The notes beneath the pieces were generated by a model, which did no database searches, was not told where the DNA came from, and worked only from the letters and a program-made list of their open reading frames with translations. Made by a program: the position numbers and the translations under genes. A DNA stretch of 59,614 bases from Nemertoderma westbladi. Its lineage: Eukaryota > Animalia > Xenacoelomorpha. This document shows positions 21,140 to 36,100 of the stretch, one piece after another (position 1 is the stretch's first letter; every line of letters starts with the position of its first letter). The stretch covers positions 1-59,614 of the forward strand of contig JAUCBJ010005225.1 of NCBI GenBank assembly GCA_032718475.1. Reading direction: 5' to 3'.

Positions 21140-24100
21140 GTTAGTGAGATAGTTAGAACAATATCTACAAGAAAAGGACGAACAAAGCGATAATTACAAA
21201 GTTAGTGAGATAGTTAGAACAATATCTACAAGAAAAGGACGAACAAAGCGATAATTACAAAGTTAGTGAGATAGTTAGAACAATATCTACAAGAAAAGGA
21301 CGAACAAAGCGATAATTACAAAGTTAGTGAGATAGTTAGAACAATATCTACAAGAAAAGGACGAACAAAGCGATAATTACAAAGTTAGTGAGATAGTTAG
21401 AACAATATCTACAAGAAAAGGACGAACAAAGCGATAATTACAAAGTTAGTGAGATAGTTAGAACAATATCTACAAGAAAAGGACGAACAAAGCGATAATT
21501 ACAAAGTTAGTGAGATAGTTAGAACAATATCTACAAGAAAAGGACGAACAAAGCGATAATTACAAAGTTAGTGAGATAGTTAGAACAATATCTACAAGAA
21601 AAGGACGAACAAAGCGATAATTACAAAGTTAGTGAGATAGTTAGAACAATATCTACAAGAAAAGGACAAACAAAGCGATAATTACAAAGTTAGTGAGATA
21701 GTTAGAACAATATCTACAAGAAAAGGACGAACAAAGCGATAATTACAAAGTTAGTGAGATAGTTAGAACAATATCTACAAGAAAAGGACGAACAAAGCGA
21801 TAATTACAAAGTTAGTGAGATAGTTAGAACAATATCTACAAGAAAAGGACGAACAAAGCGATAATTACAAAGTTGGTGAGATAGTTAGAACAATATCTAC
21901 AAGAAAAGGACAAACAAAGCGATAATTACAAAGTTGGTGAGATAGTTAGAACAATATCTACAAGAAAAGGACGAACAAAGCGATAATTACAAAGTTAGTG
22001 AGATAGTTAGAACAATATCTACAAGAAAAGGACGAACAAAGCGATAATTACAAAGTTAGTGAGATAGTTAGAGCAATATCTACAAGAAAAGGACGAACAA
22101 AGCGATAATTACAAAGTTAGTGAGATAGTTAGAGCAATATCTACAAGAAAAGGACGAACAAAGCGATAATTACAAAGTTAGTGAGATAGTTAGAACAATA
22201 TCTACAAGAAAAGGACGAACAAAGCGATAATTACAAAGTTAGTGAGATAGTTAGAACAATATCTACATGAAAAGGACGAACAAAGCGATAATTACAAAGT
22301 TAGTGAGATAGTTAGAACAATATCTACATGAAAAGGACGAACAAAGCGATAATTACAAAGTTAGTGAGATAGTTAGAACAATATCGACAAGAAAAGGACG
22401 AACAAAGCGATAATTACAAAGTTAGTGAGATAGTTAGAACAATATCTACAAGAAAAGGACGAACAAAGCGATAATTACAAAGTTAGTGAGATAGTTAGAA
22501 CAATATCTACAAGAAAAGGACGAACAAAGCGATAATTACAAAGTTAGTGAGATAGTTAGAACAATATCTACAAGAAAAGGACGAACAAAGCGATAATTAC
22601 AAAGTTAGTGAGATAGTTAGAACAATATCTACAAGAAAAGGACGAACAAAGCGATAATTACAAAGTTAGTGAGATAGTTAGAACAATATCTACAAGAAAA
22701 GGACGAACAAAGAGATAATTACAAAGTTAGTGAGATAGTTAGAACAATATCTACAAGAAAAGGACGAACAAAGCGATAATTACAAAGTTAGTGAGATAGT
22801 TAGAACAATATCTACAAGAAAAGGACGAACAAAGCGATAATTACAAAGTTAGTGAGATAGTTAGAACAATATCTACAAGAAAAGGACGAACAAAGCGATA
22901 ATTACAAAGTTAGTGAGATAGTTAGAACAATATCTACAAGAAAAGGACGAACAAAGCGATAATTACAAAGTTAGTGAGATAGTTAGAACAATATCTACAA
23001 GAAAAGGACGAACAAAGCGATAATTACAAAGTTAGTGAGATAGTTAGAACAATATCTACAAGAAAAGGACGAACAAAGCGATAATTACAAAGTTAGTGAG
23101 ATAGTTAGAACAATATCTACAAGAAAAGGACGAACAAAGCGATAATTACAAAGTTAGTGAGATAGTTAGAACAATATCTACAAGAAAAGGACGAACAAAG
23201 AGATAATTACAAAGTTAGTGAGATAGTTAGAACAATATCTACAAGAAAAGGACGAACAAAGCGATAATTACAAAGTTAGTGAGATAGTTAGAACAATATC
23301 TACAAGAAAAGGACGAACAAAGCGATAATTACAAAGTTAGTGAGATAGTTAGAGCAATATCTACAAGAAAAGGACGAACAAAGCGATAATTACAAAGTTA
23401 GTGAGATAGTTAGAACAATATCTACAAGAAAAGGACGAACAAAGAGATAATTACAAAGTTAGTGAGATAGTTAGAACAATATCTACAAGAAAAGGACGAA
23501 CAAAGCGATAATTACAAAGTTAGTGAGATAGTTAGAACAATATCTACAAGAAAAGGACGAACAAAGCGATAATTACAAAGTTAGTGAGATAGTTAGAGCA
23601 ATATCTACAAGAAAAGGACGAACAAAGCGATAATTACAAAGTTAGTGAGATAGTTAGAACAATATCTACAAGAAAAGGACGAACAAAGCGATAATTACAA
23701 AGTTAGTGAGATAGTTAGAACAATATCTACAAGAAAAGGACGAACAAAGCGATAATTACAAAGTTAGTGAGATAGTTAGAGCAATATCTACAAGAAAAGG
23801 ACGAACAAAGCGATAATTACAAAGTTAGTGAGATAGTTAGAACAATATCTACAAGAAAAGGACGAACAAAGCGATAATTACAAAGTTAGTGAGATAGTTA
23901 GAACAATATCTACAAGAAAAGGACGAACAAAGCGATAATTACAAAGTTAGTGAGATAGTTAGAACAATATCTACAAGAAAAGGACGAACAAAGCGATAAT
24001 TACAAAGTTAGTGAGATAGTTAGAACAATATCTACAAGAAAAGGACGAACAAAGCGATAATTACAAAGTTAGTGAGATAGTTAGAACAATATCTACAAGA

Positions 24101-27100
24101 AAAGGACGAACAAAGCGATAATTACAAAGTTAGTGAGATAGTTAGAACAATATCTACAAGAAAAGGACGAACAAAGCGATAATTACAAAGTTAGTGAGAT
24201 AGTTAGAACAATATCTACAAGAAAAGGACGAACAAAGCGATAATTACAAAGTTAGTGAGATAGTTAGAACAATATCTACAAGAAAAGGACGAACAAAGCG
24301 ATAATTACAAAGTTAGTGAGATAGTTAGAACAATATCTACAAGAAAAGGACGAACAAAGCGATAATTACAAAGTTAGTGAGATAGTTAGAACAATATCTA
24401 CAAGAAAAGGACGAACAAAGCGATAATTACAAAGTTAGTGAGATAGTTAGAACAATATCTACAAGAAAAGGACGAACAAAGCGATAATTACAAAGTTAGT
24501 GAGATAGTTAGAACAATATCTACAAGAAAAGGACGAACAAAGCGATAATTACAAAGTTAGTGAGATAGTTAGAACAATATCTACAAGAAAAGGACGAACA
24601 AAGCGATAATTACAAAGTTAGTGAGATAGTTAGAACAATATCTACAAGAAAAGGACGAACAAAGCGATAATTACAAAGTTAGTGAGATAGTTAGAACAAT
24701 ATCTACAAGAAAAGGACGAACAAAGCGATAATTACAAAGTTAGTGAGATAGTTAGAACAATATCTACAAGAAAAGGACGAACAAAGCGATAATTACAAAG
24801 TTAGTGAGATAGTTAGAACAATATCTACAAGAAAAGGACGAACAAAGCGATAATTACAAAGTTAGTGAGATAGTTAGAACAATATCTACAAGAAAAGGAC
24901 GAACAAAGCGATAATTACAAAGTTAGTGAGATAGTTAGAACAATATCTACAAGAAAAGGACGAACAAAGCGATAATTACAAAGTTAGTGAGATAGTTAGA
25001 ACAATATCTACAAGAAAAGGACGAACAAAGCGATAATTACAAAGTTAGTGAGATAGTTAGAACAATATCTACAAGAAAAGGACGAACAAAGCGATAATTA
25101 CAAAGTTAGTGAGATAGTTAGAACAATATCTACAAGAAAAGGACGAACAAAGCGATAATTACAAAGTTAGTGAGATAGTTAGAACAATATCTACAAGAAA
25201 AGGACGAACAAAGCGATAATTACAAAGTTAGTGAGATAGTTAGAACAATATCTACAAGAAAAGGACGAACAAAGCGATAATTACAAAGTTAGTGAGATAG
25301 TTAGAACAATATCTACAAGAAAAGGACGAACAAAGCGATAATTACAAAGTTAGTGAGATAGTTAGAACAATATCTACAAGAAAAGGACGAACAAAGCGAT
25401 AATTACAAAGTTAGTGAGATAGTTAGAACAATATCTACAAGAAAAGGACGAACAAAGCGATAATTACAAAGTTAGTGAGATAGTTAGAGCAATATCTACA
25501 AGAAAAGGACGAACAAAGCGATAATTACAAAGTTAGTGAGATAGTTAGAACAATATCTACAAGAAAAGGACGAACAAAGCGATAATTACAAAGTTAGTGA
25601 GATAGTTAGAACAATATCTACAAGAAAAGGACGAACAAAGCGATAATTACAAAGTTAGTGAGATAGTTAGAACAATATCTACAAGAAAAGGACGAACAAA
25701 GCGATAATTACAAAGTTAGTGAGATAGTTAGAACAATATCTACAAGAAAAGGACGAACAAAGCGATAATTACAAAGTTAGTGAGATAGTTAGAACAATAT
25801 CTACAAGAAAAGGACGAACAAAGCGATAATTACAAAGTTAGTGAGATAGTTAGAACAATATCTACAAGAAAAGGACGAACAAAGCGATAATTACAAAGTT
25901 AGTGAGATAGTTAGAACAATATCTACAAGAAAAGGACGAACAAAGCGATAATTACAAAGTTAGTGAGATAGTTAGAACAATATCTACAAGAAAAGGACGA
26001 ACAAAGCGATAATTACAAAGTTAGTGAGATAGTTAGAACAATATCTACAAGAAAAGGACGAACAAAGCGATAATTACAAAGTTAGTGAGATAGTTAGAAC
26101 AATATCTACAAGAAAAGGACGAACAAAGCGATAATTACAAAGTTAGTGAGATAGTTAGAACAATATCTACAAGAAAAGGACGAACAAAGCGATAATTACA
26201 AAGTTAGTGAGATAGTTAGAACAATATCTACAAGAAAAGGACGAACAAAGCGATAATTACAAAGTTAGTGAGATAGTTAGAACAATATCTACAAGAAAAG
26301 GACGAACAAAGCGATAATTACAAAGTTAGTGAGATAGTTAGAACAATATCTACAAGAAAAGGACGAACAAAGCGATAATTACAAAGTTAGTGAGATAGTT
26401 AGAACAATATCTACAAGAAAAGGACGAACAAAGCGATAATTACAAAGTTAGTGAGATAGTTAGAACAATATCTACAAGAAAAGGACGAACAAAGCGATAA
26501 TTACAAAGTTAGTGAGATAGTTAGAACAATATCTACAAGAAAAGGACGAACAAAGCGATAATTACAAAGTTAGTGAGATAGTTAGAACAATATCTACAAG
26601 AAAAGGACGAACAAAGCGATAATTACAAAGTTAGTGAGATAGTTAGAACAATATCTACAAGAAAAGGACGAACAAAGCGATAATTACAAAGTTAGTGAGA
26701 TAGTTAGAACAATATCTACAAGAAAAGGACGAACAAAGCGATAATTACAAAGTTAGTGAGATAGTTAGAACAATATCTACAAGAAAAGGACGAACAAAGC
26801 GATAATTACAAAGTTAGTGAGATAGTTAGAACAATATCTACAAGAAAAGGACGAACAAAGCGATAATTACAAAGTTAGTGAGATAGTTAGAACAATATCT
26901 ACAAGAAAAGGACGAACAAAGCGATAATTACAAAGTTAGTGAGATAGTTAGAACAATATCTACAAGAAAAGGACGAACAAAGCGATAATTACAAAGTTAG
27001 TGAGATAGTTAGAACAATATCTACAAGAAAAGGACGAACAAAGCGATAATTACAAAGTTAGTGAGATAGTTAGAGCAATATCTACAAGAAAAGGACGAAC

Positions 27101-30100
27101 AAAGCGATAATTACAAAGTTAGTGAGATAGTTAGAACAATATCTACAAGAAAAGGACGAACAAAGCGATAATTACAAAGTTAGTGAGATAGTTAGAACAA
27201 TATCTACAAGAAAAGGACGAACAAAGCGATAATTACAAAGTTAGTGAGATAGTTAGAGCAATATCTACAAGAAAAGGACGAACAAAGCGATAATTACAAA
27301 GTTAGTGAGATAGTTAGAGCAATATCTACAAGAAAAGGACGAACAAAGCGATAATTACAAAGTTAGTGAGATAGTTAGAACAATATCTACAAGAAAAGGA
27401 CGAACAAAGCGATAATTACAAAGTTAGTGAGATAGTTAGAACAATATCTACAAGAAAAGGACGAACAAAGCGATAATTACAAAGTTAGTGAGATAGTTAG
27501 AGCAATATCTACAAGAAAAGGACGAACAAAGCGATAATTACAAAGTTAGTGAGATAGTTAGAACAATATCTACAAGAAAAGGACGAACAAAGCGATAATT
27601 ACAAAGTTAGTGAGATAGTTAGAACAATATCTACAAGAAAAGGACGAACAAAGCGATAATTACAAAGTTAGTGAGATAGTTAGAACAATATCTACAAGAA
27701 AAGGACGAACAAAGCGATAATTACAAAGTTAGTGAGATAGTTAGAACAATATCTACAAGAAAAGGACGAACAAAGCGATAATTACAAAGTTAGTGAGATA
27801 GTTAGAACAATATCTACAAGAAAAGGACGAACAAAGCGATAATTACAAAGTTAGTGAGATAGTTAGAACAATATCTACAAGAAAAGGACGAACAAAGCGA
27901 TAATTACAAAGTTAGTGAGATAGTTAGAACAATATCTACAAGAAAAGGACGAACAAAGCGATAATTACAAAGTTAGTGAGATAGTTAGAACAATATCTAC
28001 AAGAAAAGGACGAACAAAGCGATAATTACAAAGTTAGTTAGATAGTTAGAACAATATCTACAAGAAAAGGACGAACAAAGCGATAATTACAAAGTTAGTG
28101 AGATAGTTAGAACAATATCTACAAGAAAAGGACGAACAAAGCGATAATTACAAAGTTAGTGAGATAGTTAGAACAATATCTACAAGAAAAGGACGAACAA
28201 AGCGATAATTACAAAGTTAGTGAGATAGTTAGAACAATATCTACAAGAAAAGGACGAACAAAGCGATAATTACAAAGTTAGTGAGATAGTTAGAACAATA
28301 TCTACAAGAAAAGGACGAACAAAGCGATAATTACAAAGTTAGTGAGATAGTTAGAACAATATCTACAAGAAAAGGACGAACAAAGCGATAATTACAAAGT
28401 TAGTGAGATAGTTAGAACAATATCTACAAGAAAAGGACGAACAAAGCGATAATTACAAAGTTAGTGAGATAGTTAGAACAATATCTACAAGAAAAGGACG
28501 AACAAAGCGATAATTACAAAGTTAGTGAGATAGTTAGAGCAATATCTACAAGAAAAGGACGAACAAAGCGATAATTACAAAGTTAGTGAGATAGTTAGAG
28601 CAATATCTACAAGAAAAGGACGAACAAAGCGATAATTACAAAGTTAGTGAGATAGTTAGAACAATATCTACAAGAAAAGGACGAACAAAGCGATAATTAC
28701 AAAGTTAGTGAGATAGTTAGAACAATATCTACAAGAAAAGGACGAACAAAGCGATAATTACAAAGTTAGTGAGATAGTTAGATCAATATCTACAAGAAAA
28801 GGACGAACAAAGCGATAATTACAAAGTTAGTGAGATAGTTAGAACAATATCTTCAAGAAAAGGACGAACAAAGAGATAATTACAAAGTTAGTTAGATAGT
28901 TAGAGCAATATCTACAAGAAAAGGACGAACAAAGCGATAATTACAAAGTTAGTGAGATAGTTAGAACAATATCTACAAGAAAAGGACGAACAAAGAGATA
29001 ATTACAAAGTTAGTGAGATAGTTAGAACAATATCTACAAGAAAAGGACGAACAAAGCGATAATTACAAAGTTAGTGAGATAGTTAGAACAATATCTACAA
29101 GAAAAGGACGAACAAAGCGATAATTACAAAGTTAGTGAGATAGTTAGAACAATATCTACAAGAAAAGGACGAACAAAGCGATAATTACAAAGTTAGTGAG
29201 ATAGTTAGAGCAATATCTACAAGAAAAGGACGAACAAAGCGATAATTACAAAGTTAGTGAGATAGTTAGAGCAATATCTACAAGAAAAGGACGAACAAAG
29301 CGATAATTACAAAGTTAGTGAGATAGTTAGAACAATATCTACAAGAAAAGGACGAACAAAGCGATAATTACAAAGTTAGTGAGATAGTTAGAACAATATC
29401 TACAAGAAAAGGACGAACAAAGCGATAATTACAAAGTTAGTGAGATAGTTAGATCAATATCTTCAAGAAAAGGACGAACAAAGAGATAATTACAAAGTTA
29501 GTTAGATAGTTAGAACAATATCTACATGAAAAGGACGAACAAAGCGATAATTACAAAGTTAGTGAGATAGTTAGATCAATATCTTCAAGAAAAGGACGAA
29601 CAAAGAGATAATTACAAAGTTAGTTAGATAGTTAGAACAATATCTACAAGAAAAGGACGAACAAAGCGATAATTACAAAGTTAGTGAGATAGTTAGAACA
29701 ATATCTACAAGAAAAGGACGAACAAAGCGATAATTACAAAGTTAGTGAGATAGTTAGAACAATATCTACAAGAAAAGGACGAACAAAGCGATAATTACAA
29801 AGTTAGTGAGATAGTTAGATCAATATCTTCAAGAAAAGGACGAACAAAGAGATAATTACAAAGTTAGTGAGATAGTTAGAACAATATCTACAAGAAAAGG
29901 ACGAACAAAGCGATAATTACAAAGTTAGTGAGATAGTTAGAACAATATCTACAAGAAAAGGACGAACAAAGCGATAATTACAAAGTTAGTGAGATAGTTA
30001 GATCAATATCTTCAAGAAAAGGACGAACAAAGAGATAATTACAAAGTTAGTGAGATAGTTAGAACAATATCTACAAGAAAAGGACGAACAAAGCGATAAT

Positions 30101-33100
30101 TACAAAGTTAGTGAGATAGTTAGAACAATATCTACAAGAAAAGGACGAACAAAGAGATAATTACAAAGTTAGTGAGATAGTTAGAGCAATATCTACAAGA
30201 AAAGGACGAACAAAGCGATAATTACAAAGTTAGTGAGATAGTTAGATCAATATCTTCAAGAAAAGGACGAACAAAGAGATAATTACAAAGTTAGTGAGAT
30301 AGTTAGAACAATATCTACAAGAAAAGGACGAACAAAGCGATAATTACAAAGTTAGTGAGATAGTTAGAACAATATCTACAAGAAAAGGACGAACAAAGCG
30401 ATAATTACAAAGTTAGTGAGATAGTTAGATCAATATCTTCAAGAAAAGGACGAACAAAGCGATAATTACAAAGTTAGTGAGATAGTTAGATCAATATCTT
30501 CAAGAAAAGGACGAACAAAGAGATAATTACAAAGTTAGTTAGATAGTTAGAACAATATCTACAAGAAAAGGACGAACAAAGCGATAATTACAAAGTTAGT
30601 GAGATAGTTAGAACAATATCTACAAGAAAAGGACGAACAAAGAGATAATTACAAAGTTAGTGAGATAGTTAGAACAATATCTACAAGAAAAGGACGAACA
30701 AAGCGATAATTACAAAGTTAGTTAGATAGTTAGAACAATATCTACAAGAAAAGGACGAACAAAGCGATAATTACAAAGTTAGTGAGATAGTTAGAACAAT
30801 ATCTACAAGAAAAGGACGAACAAAGCGATAATTACAAAGTTAGTGAGATAGTTAGAACAATATCTACAAGAAAAGGACGAACAAAGCGATAATTACAAAG
30901 TTAGTGAGATAGTTAGATCAATATCTTCAAGAAAAGGACGAACAAAGAGATAATTACAAAGTTAGTGAGATAGTTAGAGCAATATCTACAAGAAAAGGAC
31001 GAACAAAGCGATAATTACAAAGTTAGTGAGATAGTTAGATCAATATCTTCAAGAAAAGGACGAACAAAGAGATAATTACAAAGTTAGTGAGATAGTTAGA
31101 ACAATATCTACAAGAAAAGGACGAACAAAGCGATAATTACAAAGTTAGTGAGATAGTTAGAGCAATATCTACAAGAAAAGGACGAACAAAGCGATAATTA
31201 CAAAGTTAGTGAGATAGTTAGAGCAATATCTACAAGAAAAGGACGAACAAAGCGATAATTACAAAGTTAGTGAGATAGTTAGAACAATATCTACAAGAAA
31301 AGGACGAACAAAGCGATAATTACAAAGTTAGTGAGATAGTTAGATCAATATCTTCAAGAAAAGGACGAACAAAGAGATAATTACAAAGTTAGTGAGATAG
31401 TTAGATCAATATCTTCAAGAAAAGGACGAACAAAGAGATAATTACAAAGTTAGTGAGATAGTTAGAACAATATCTACAAGAAAAGGACGAACAAAGCGAT
31501 AATTACAAAGTTAGTGAGATAGTTAGAACAATATCTACAAGAAAAGGACGAACAAAGCGATAATTACAAAGTTAGTGAGATAGTTAGATCAATATCTTCA
31601 AGAAAAGGACGAACAAAGAGATAATTACAAAGTTAGTGAGATAGTTAGATCAATATCTTCAAGAAAAGGACGAACAAAGAGATAATTACAAAGTTAGTGA
31701 GATAGTTAGAACAATATCTACAAGAAAAGGACGAACAAAGCGATAATTACAAAGTTAGTGAGATAGTTAGAACAATATCTACAAGAAAAGGACGAACAAA
31801 GCGATAATTACAAAGTTAGTGAGATAGTTAGAACAATATCTACAAGAAAAGGACGAACAAAGCGATAATTACAAAGTTAGTGAGATAGTTAGAACAATAT
31901 CTTCAAGAAAAGGACGAACAAAGAGATAATTACAAAGTTAGTGAGATAGTTAGATCAATATCTTCAAGAAAAGGACGAACAAAGAGATAATTACAAAGTT
32001 AGTGAGATAGTTAGAGCAATATCTACAAGAAAAGGACGAACAAAGCGATAATTACAAAGTTAGTGAGATAGTTAGATCAATATCTTCAAGAAAAGGACGA
32101 ACAAAGAGATAATTACAAAGTTAGTGAGATAGTTAGAGCAATATCTACAAGAAAAGGACGAACAAAGCGATAATTACAAAGTTAGTGAGATAGTTAGAGC
32201 AATATCTACAAGAAAAGGACGAACAAAGCGATAATTACAAAGTTAGTGAGATAGTTAGATCAATATCTTCAAGAAAAGGACGAACAAAGAGATAATTACA
32301 AAGTTAGTGAGATAGTTAGAACAATATCTACAAGAAAAGGACGAACAAAGCGATAATTACAAAGTTAGTGAGATAGTTAGAGCAATATCTACAAGAAAAG
32401 GACGAACAAAGCGATAATTACAAAGTTAGTGAGATAGTTAGAACAATATCTACAAGAAAAGGACGAACAAAGCGATAATTACAAAGTTAGTGAGATAGTT
32501 AGAGCAATATCTACAAGAAAAGGACGAACAAAGCGATAATTACAAAGTTAGTGAGATAGTTAGATCAATATCTTCAAGAAAAGGACGAACAAAGAGATAA
32601 TTACAAAGTTAGTGAGATAGTTAGAACAATATCTACAAGAAAAGGACGAACAAAGCGATAATTACAAAGTTAGTGAGATAGTTAGAGCAATATCTACAAG
32701 AAAAGGACGAACAAAGCGATAATTACAAAGTTAGTGAGATAGTTAGATCAATATCTTCAAGAAAAGGACGAACAAAGAGATAATTACAAAGTTAGTGAGA
32801 TAGTTAGAACAATATCTACAAGAAAAGGACGAACAAAGCGATAATTACAAAGTTAGTGAGATAGTTAGATCAATATCTTCAAGAAAAGGACGAACAAAGA
32901 GATAATTACAAAGTTAGTGAGATAGTTAGAGCAATATCTACATGAAAAGGACGAACAAAGCGATAATTACAAAGTTAGTGAGATAGTTAGATCAATATCT
33001 TCAAGAAAAGGACGAACAAAGAGATAATTACAAAGTTAGTGAGATAGTTAGAACAATATCTACAAGAAAAGGACGAACAAAGCGATAATTACAAAGTTAG

Positions 33101-36100
33101 TGAGATAGTTAGAACAATATCTACAAGAAAAGGATGAACAAAGCGATAATTACAAAGTTAGTGAGATAGTTAGAACAATATCTACAAGAAAAGGACGAAC
33201 AAAGAGATAATTACAAAGTTAGTGAGATAGTTAGAACAATATCTACAAGAAAAGGACGAACAAAGCGATAATTACAAAGTTAGTGAGATAGTTAGAACAA
33301 TATCTACAAGAAAAGGACGAACAAAGAGATAATTACAAAGTTAGTGAGATAGTTAGAACAATATCTACAAGAAAAGGACGAACAAAGCGATAATTACAAA
33401 GTTAGTGAGATAGTTAGAACAATATCTACAAGAAAAGGACGAACAAAGAGATAATTACAAAGTTAGTGAGATAGTTAGAACAATATCTACAAGAAAAGGA
33501 CGAACAAAGCGATAATTACAAAGTTAGTGAGATAGTTAGATCAATATCTTCAAGAAAAGGACGAACAAAGAGATAATTACAAAGTTAGTGAGATAGTTAG
33601 AGCAATATCTACAAGAAAAGGACGAACAAAGCGATAATTACAAAGTTAGTGAGATAGTTAGAACAATATCTACAAGAAAAGGACGAACAAAGCGATAATT
33701 ACAAAGTTAGTGAGATAGTTAGATCAATATCTACAAGAAAAGGACGAACAAAGCGATAATTACAAAGTTAGTGAGATAGTTAGAACAATATCTACATGAA
33801 AAGGACGAACAAAGAGATAATTACAAAGTTAGTGAGATAGTTAGAACAATATCTACATGAAAAGGACGAACAAAGAGATAATTACAAAGTTAGTGAGATA
33901 GTTAGAACAATATCTACAAGAAAAGGACGAACAAAGCGATAATTACAAAGTTAGTGAGATAGTTAGATCAATATCTTCAAGAAAAGGACGAACAAAGAGA
34001 TAATTACAAAGTTAGTGAGATAGTTAGAGCAATATCTACAAGAAAAGGACGAACAAAGCGATAATTACAAAGTTAGTGAGATAGTTAGAACAATATCTAC
34101 AAGAAAAGGACGAACAAAGCGATAATTACAAAGTTAGTGAGATAGTTAGAACAATATCTACAAGAAAAGGACGAACAAAGCGATAATTACAAAGTTAGTG
34201 AGATAGTTAGAACAATATCTACAAGAAAAGGACGAACAAAGAGATAATTACAAAGTTAGTGAGATAGTTAGAACAATATCTACAAGAAAAGGACGAACAA
34301 AGAGATAATTACAAAGTTAGTGAGATAGTTAGAACAATATCTACAAGAAAAGGACGAACAAAGAGATAATTACAAAGTTAGTGAGATAGTTAGATCAATA
34401 TCTACAAGAAAAGGACGAACAAAGCGATAATTACAAAGTTAGTGAGATAGTTAGAACAATATCTACAAGAAAGGGACGAACAAAGAGATAATTACAAAGT
34501 TAGTGAGATAGTTAGAACAATATCTACATGAAAAGGACGAACAAAGAGATAATTACAAAGTTAGTGAGATAGTTAGAACAATATCTACAAGAAAAGGACG
34601 AACAAAGCGATAATTACAAAGTTAGTGAGATAGTTAGAGCAATATCTACAAGAAAAGGACGAACAAAGCGATAATTACAAAGTTAGTGAGATAGTTAGAA
34701 CAATATCTACAAGAAAAGGACGAACAAAGCGATAATTACAAAGTTAGTGAGATAGTTAGAACAATATCTACAAGAAAAGGACGAACAAAGAGATAATTAC
34801 AAAGTTAGTGAGATAGTTAGAGCAATATCTACAAGAAAAGGACGAACAAAGCGATAATTACAAAGTTAGTGAGATAGTTAGAACAATATCTACAAGAAAA
34901 GGACGAACAAAGCGATAATTACAAAGTTAGTGAGATAGTTAGATCAATATCTACAAGAAAAGGACGAACAAAGAGATAATTACAAAGTTAGTGAGATAGT
35001 TAGAACAATATCTACAAGAAAAGGACGAACAAAGCTATAATTACAAAGTTGGTGAGATAGTTAGAACAATATCTACAAGAAAAGGACGAACAAAGCGATA
35101 ATTACAAAGTTAGTGAGATAGTTAGAGCAATATCTACAAGAAAGGGACGAACAAAGCGATAATTACAAAGTTAGTGAGATAGTTAGAGCAATATCTACAA
35201 GAAAGGGACGAACAAAGCGATAATTACAAAGTTAGTGAGATAGTTAGATCAATATCTACAAGAAAAGGACGAACAAAGAGATAATTACAAAGTTAGTGAG
35301 ATAGTTAGAACAATATCTACAAGAAAAGGACGAACAAAGCTATAATTACAAAGTTGGTGAGATAGTTAGAGCAATATCTACAAGAAAGGGACGAACAAAG
35401 CGATAATTACAAAGTTAGTGAGATAGTTAGAACAATATCTACAAGAAAAGGACGAACAAAGAGATAATTACAAAGTTAGTGAGATAGTTAGAACAATATC
35501 TACAAGAAAAGGACGAACAAAGCGATAATTACAAAGTTAGTGAGATAGTTAGAACAATATCTACAAGAAAAGGACGAACAAAGAGATAATTACAAAGTTA
35601 GTGAGATAGTTAGAACAATATCTACAAGAAAGGGACGAACAAAGCGATAATTACAAAGTTAGTGAGATAGTTAGATCAATATCTACAAGAAAAGGACGAA
35701 CAAAGAGATAATTACAAAGTTAGTGAGATAGTTAGAACAATATCTACAAGAAAAGGACGAACAAAGCTATAATTACAAAGTTGGTGAGATAGTTAGAGCA
35801 ATATCTACAAGAAAGGGACGAACAAAGCGATAATTACAAAGTTAGTGAGATAGTTAGAACAATATCTACAAGAAAAGGACGAACAAAGAGATAATTACAA
35901 AGTTAGTGAGATAGTTAGAACAATATCTACAAGAAAAGGACGAACAAAGCGATAATTACAAAGTTAGTGAGATAGTTAGAACAATATCTACAAGAAAAGG
36001 ACGAACAAAGCGATAATTACAAAGTTAGTGAGATAGTTAGAACAATATCTACAAGAAAAGGACGAACAAAGAGATAATTACAAAGTTAGTGAGATAGTTA

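Noticed and set aside
21140-21156. 13-17-nt ultra-short introns between adjacent 61-bp units
   Set aside because: Too short for a metazoan-type spliceosome; other introns here are kb-sized with normal pyrimidine tracts.
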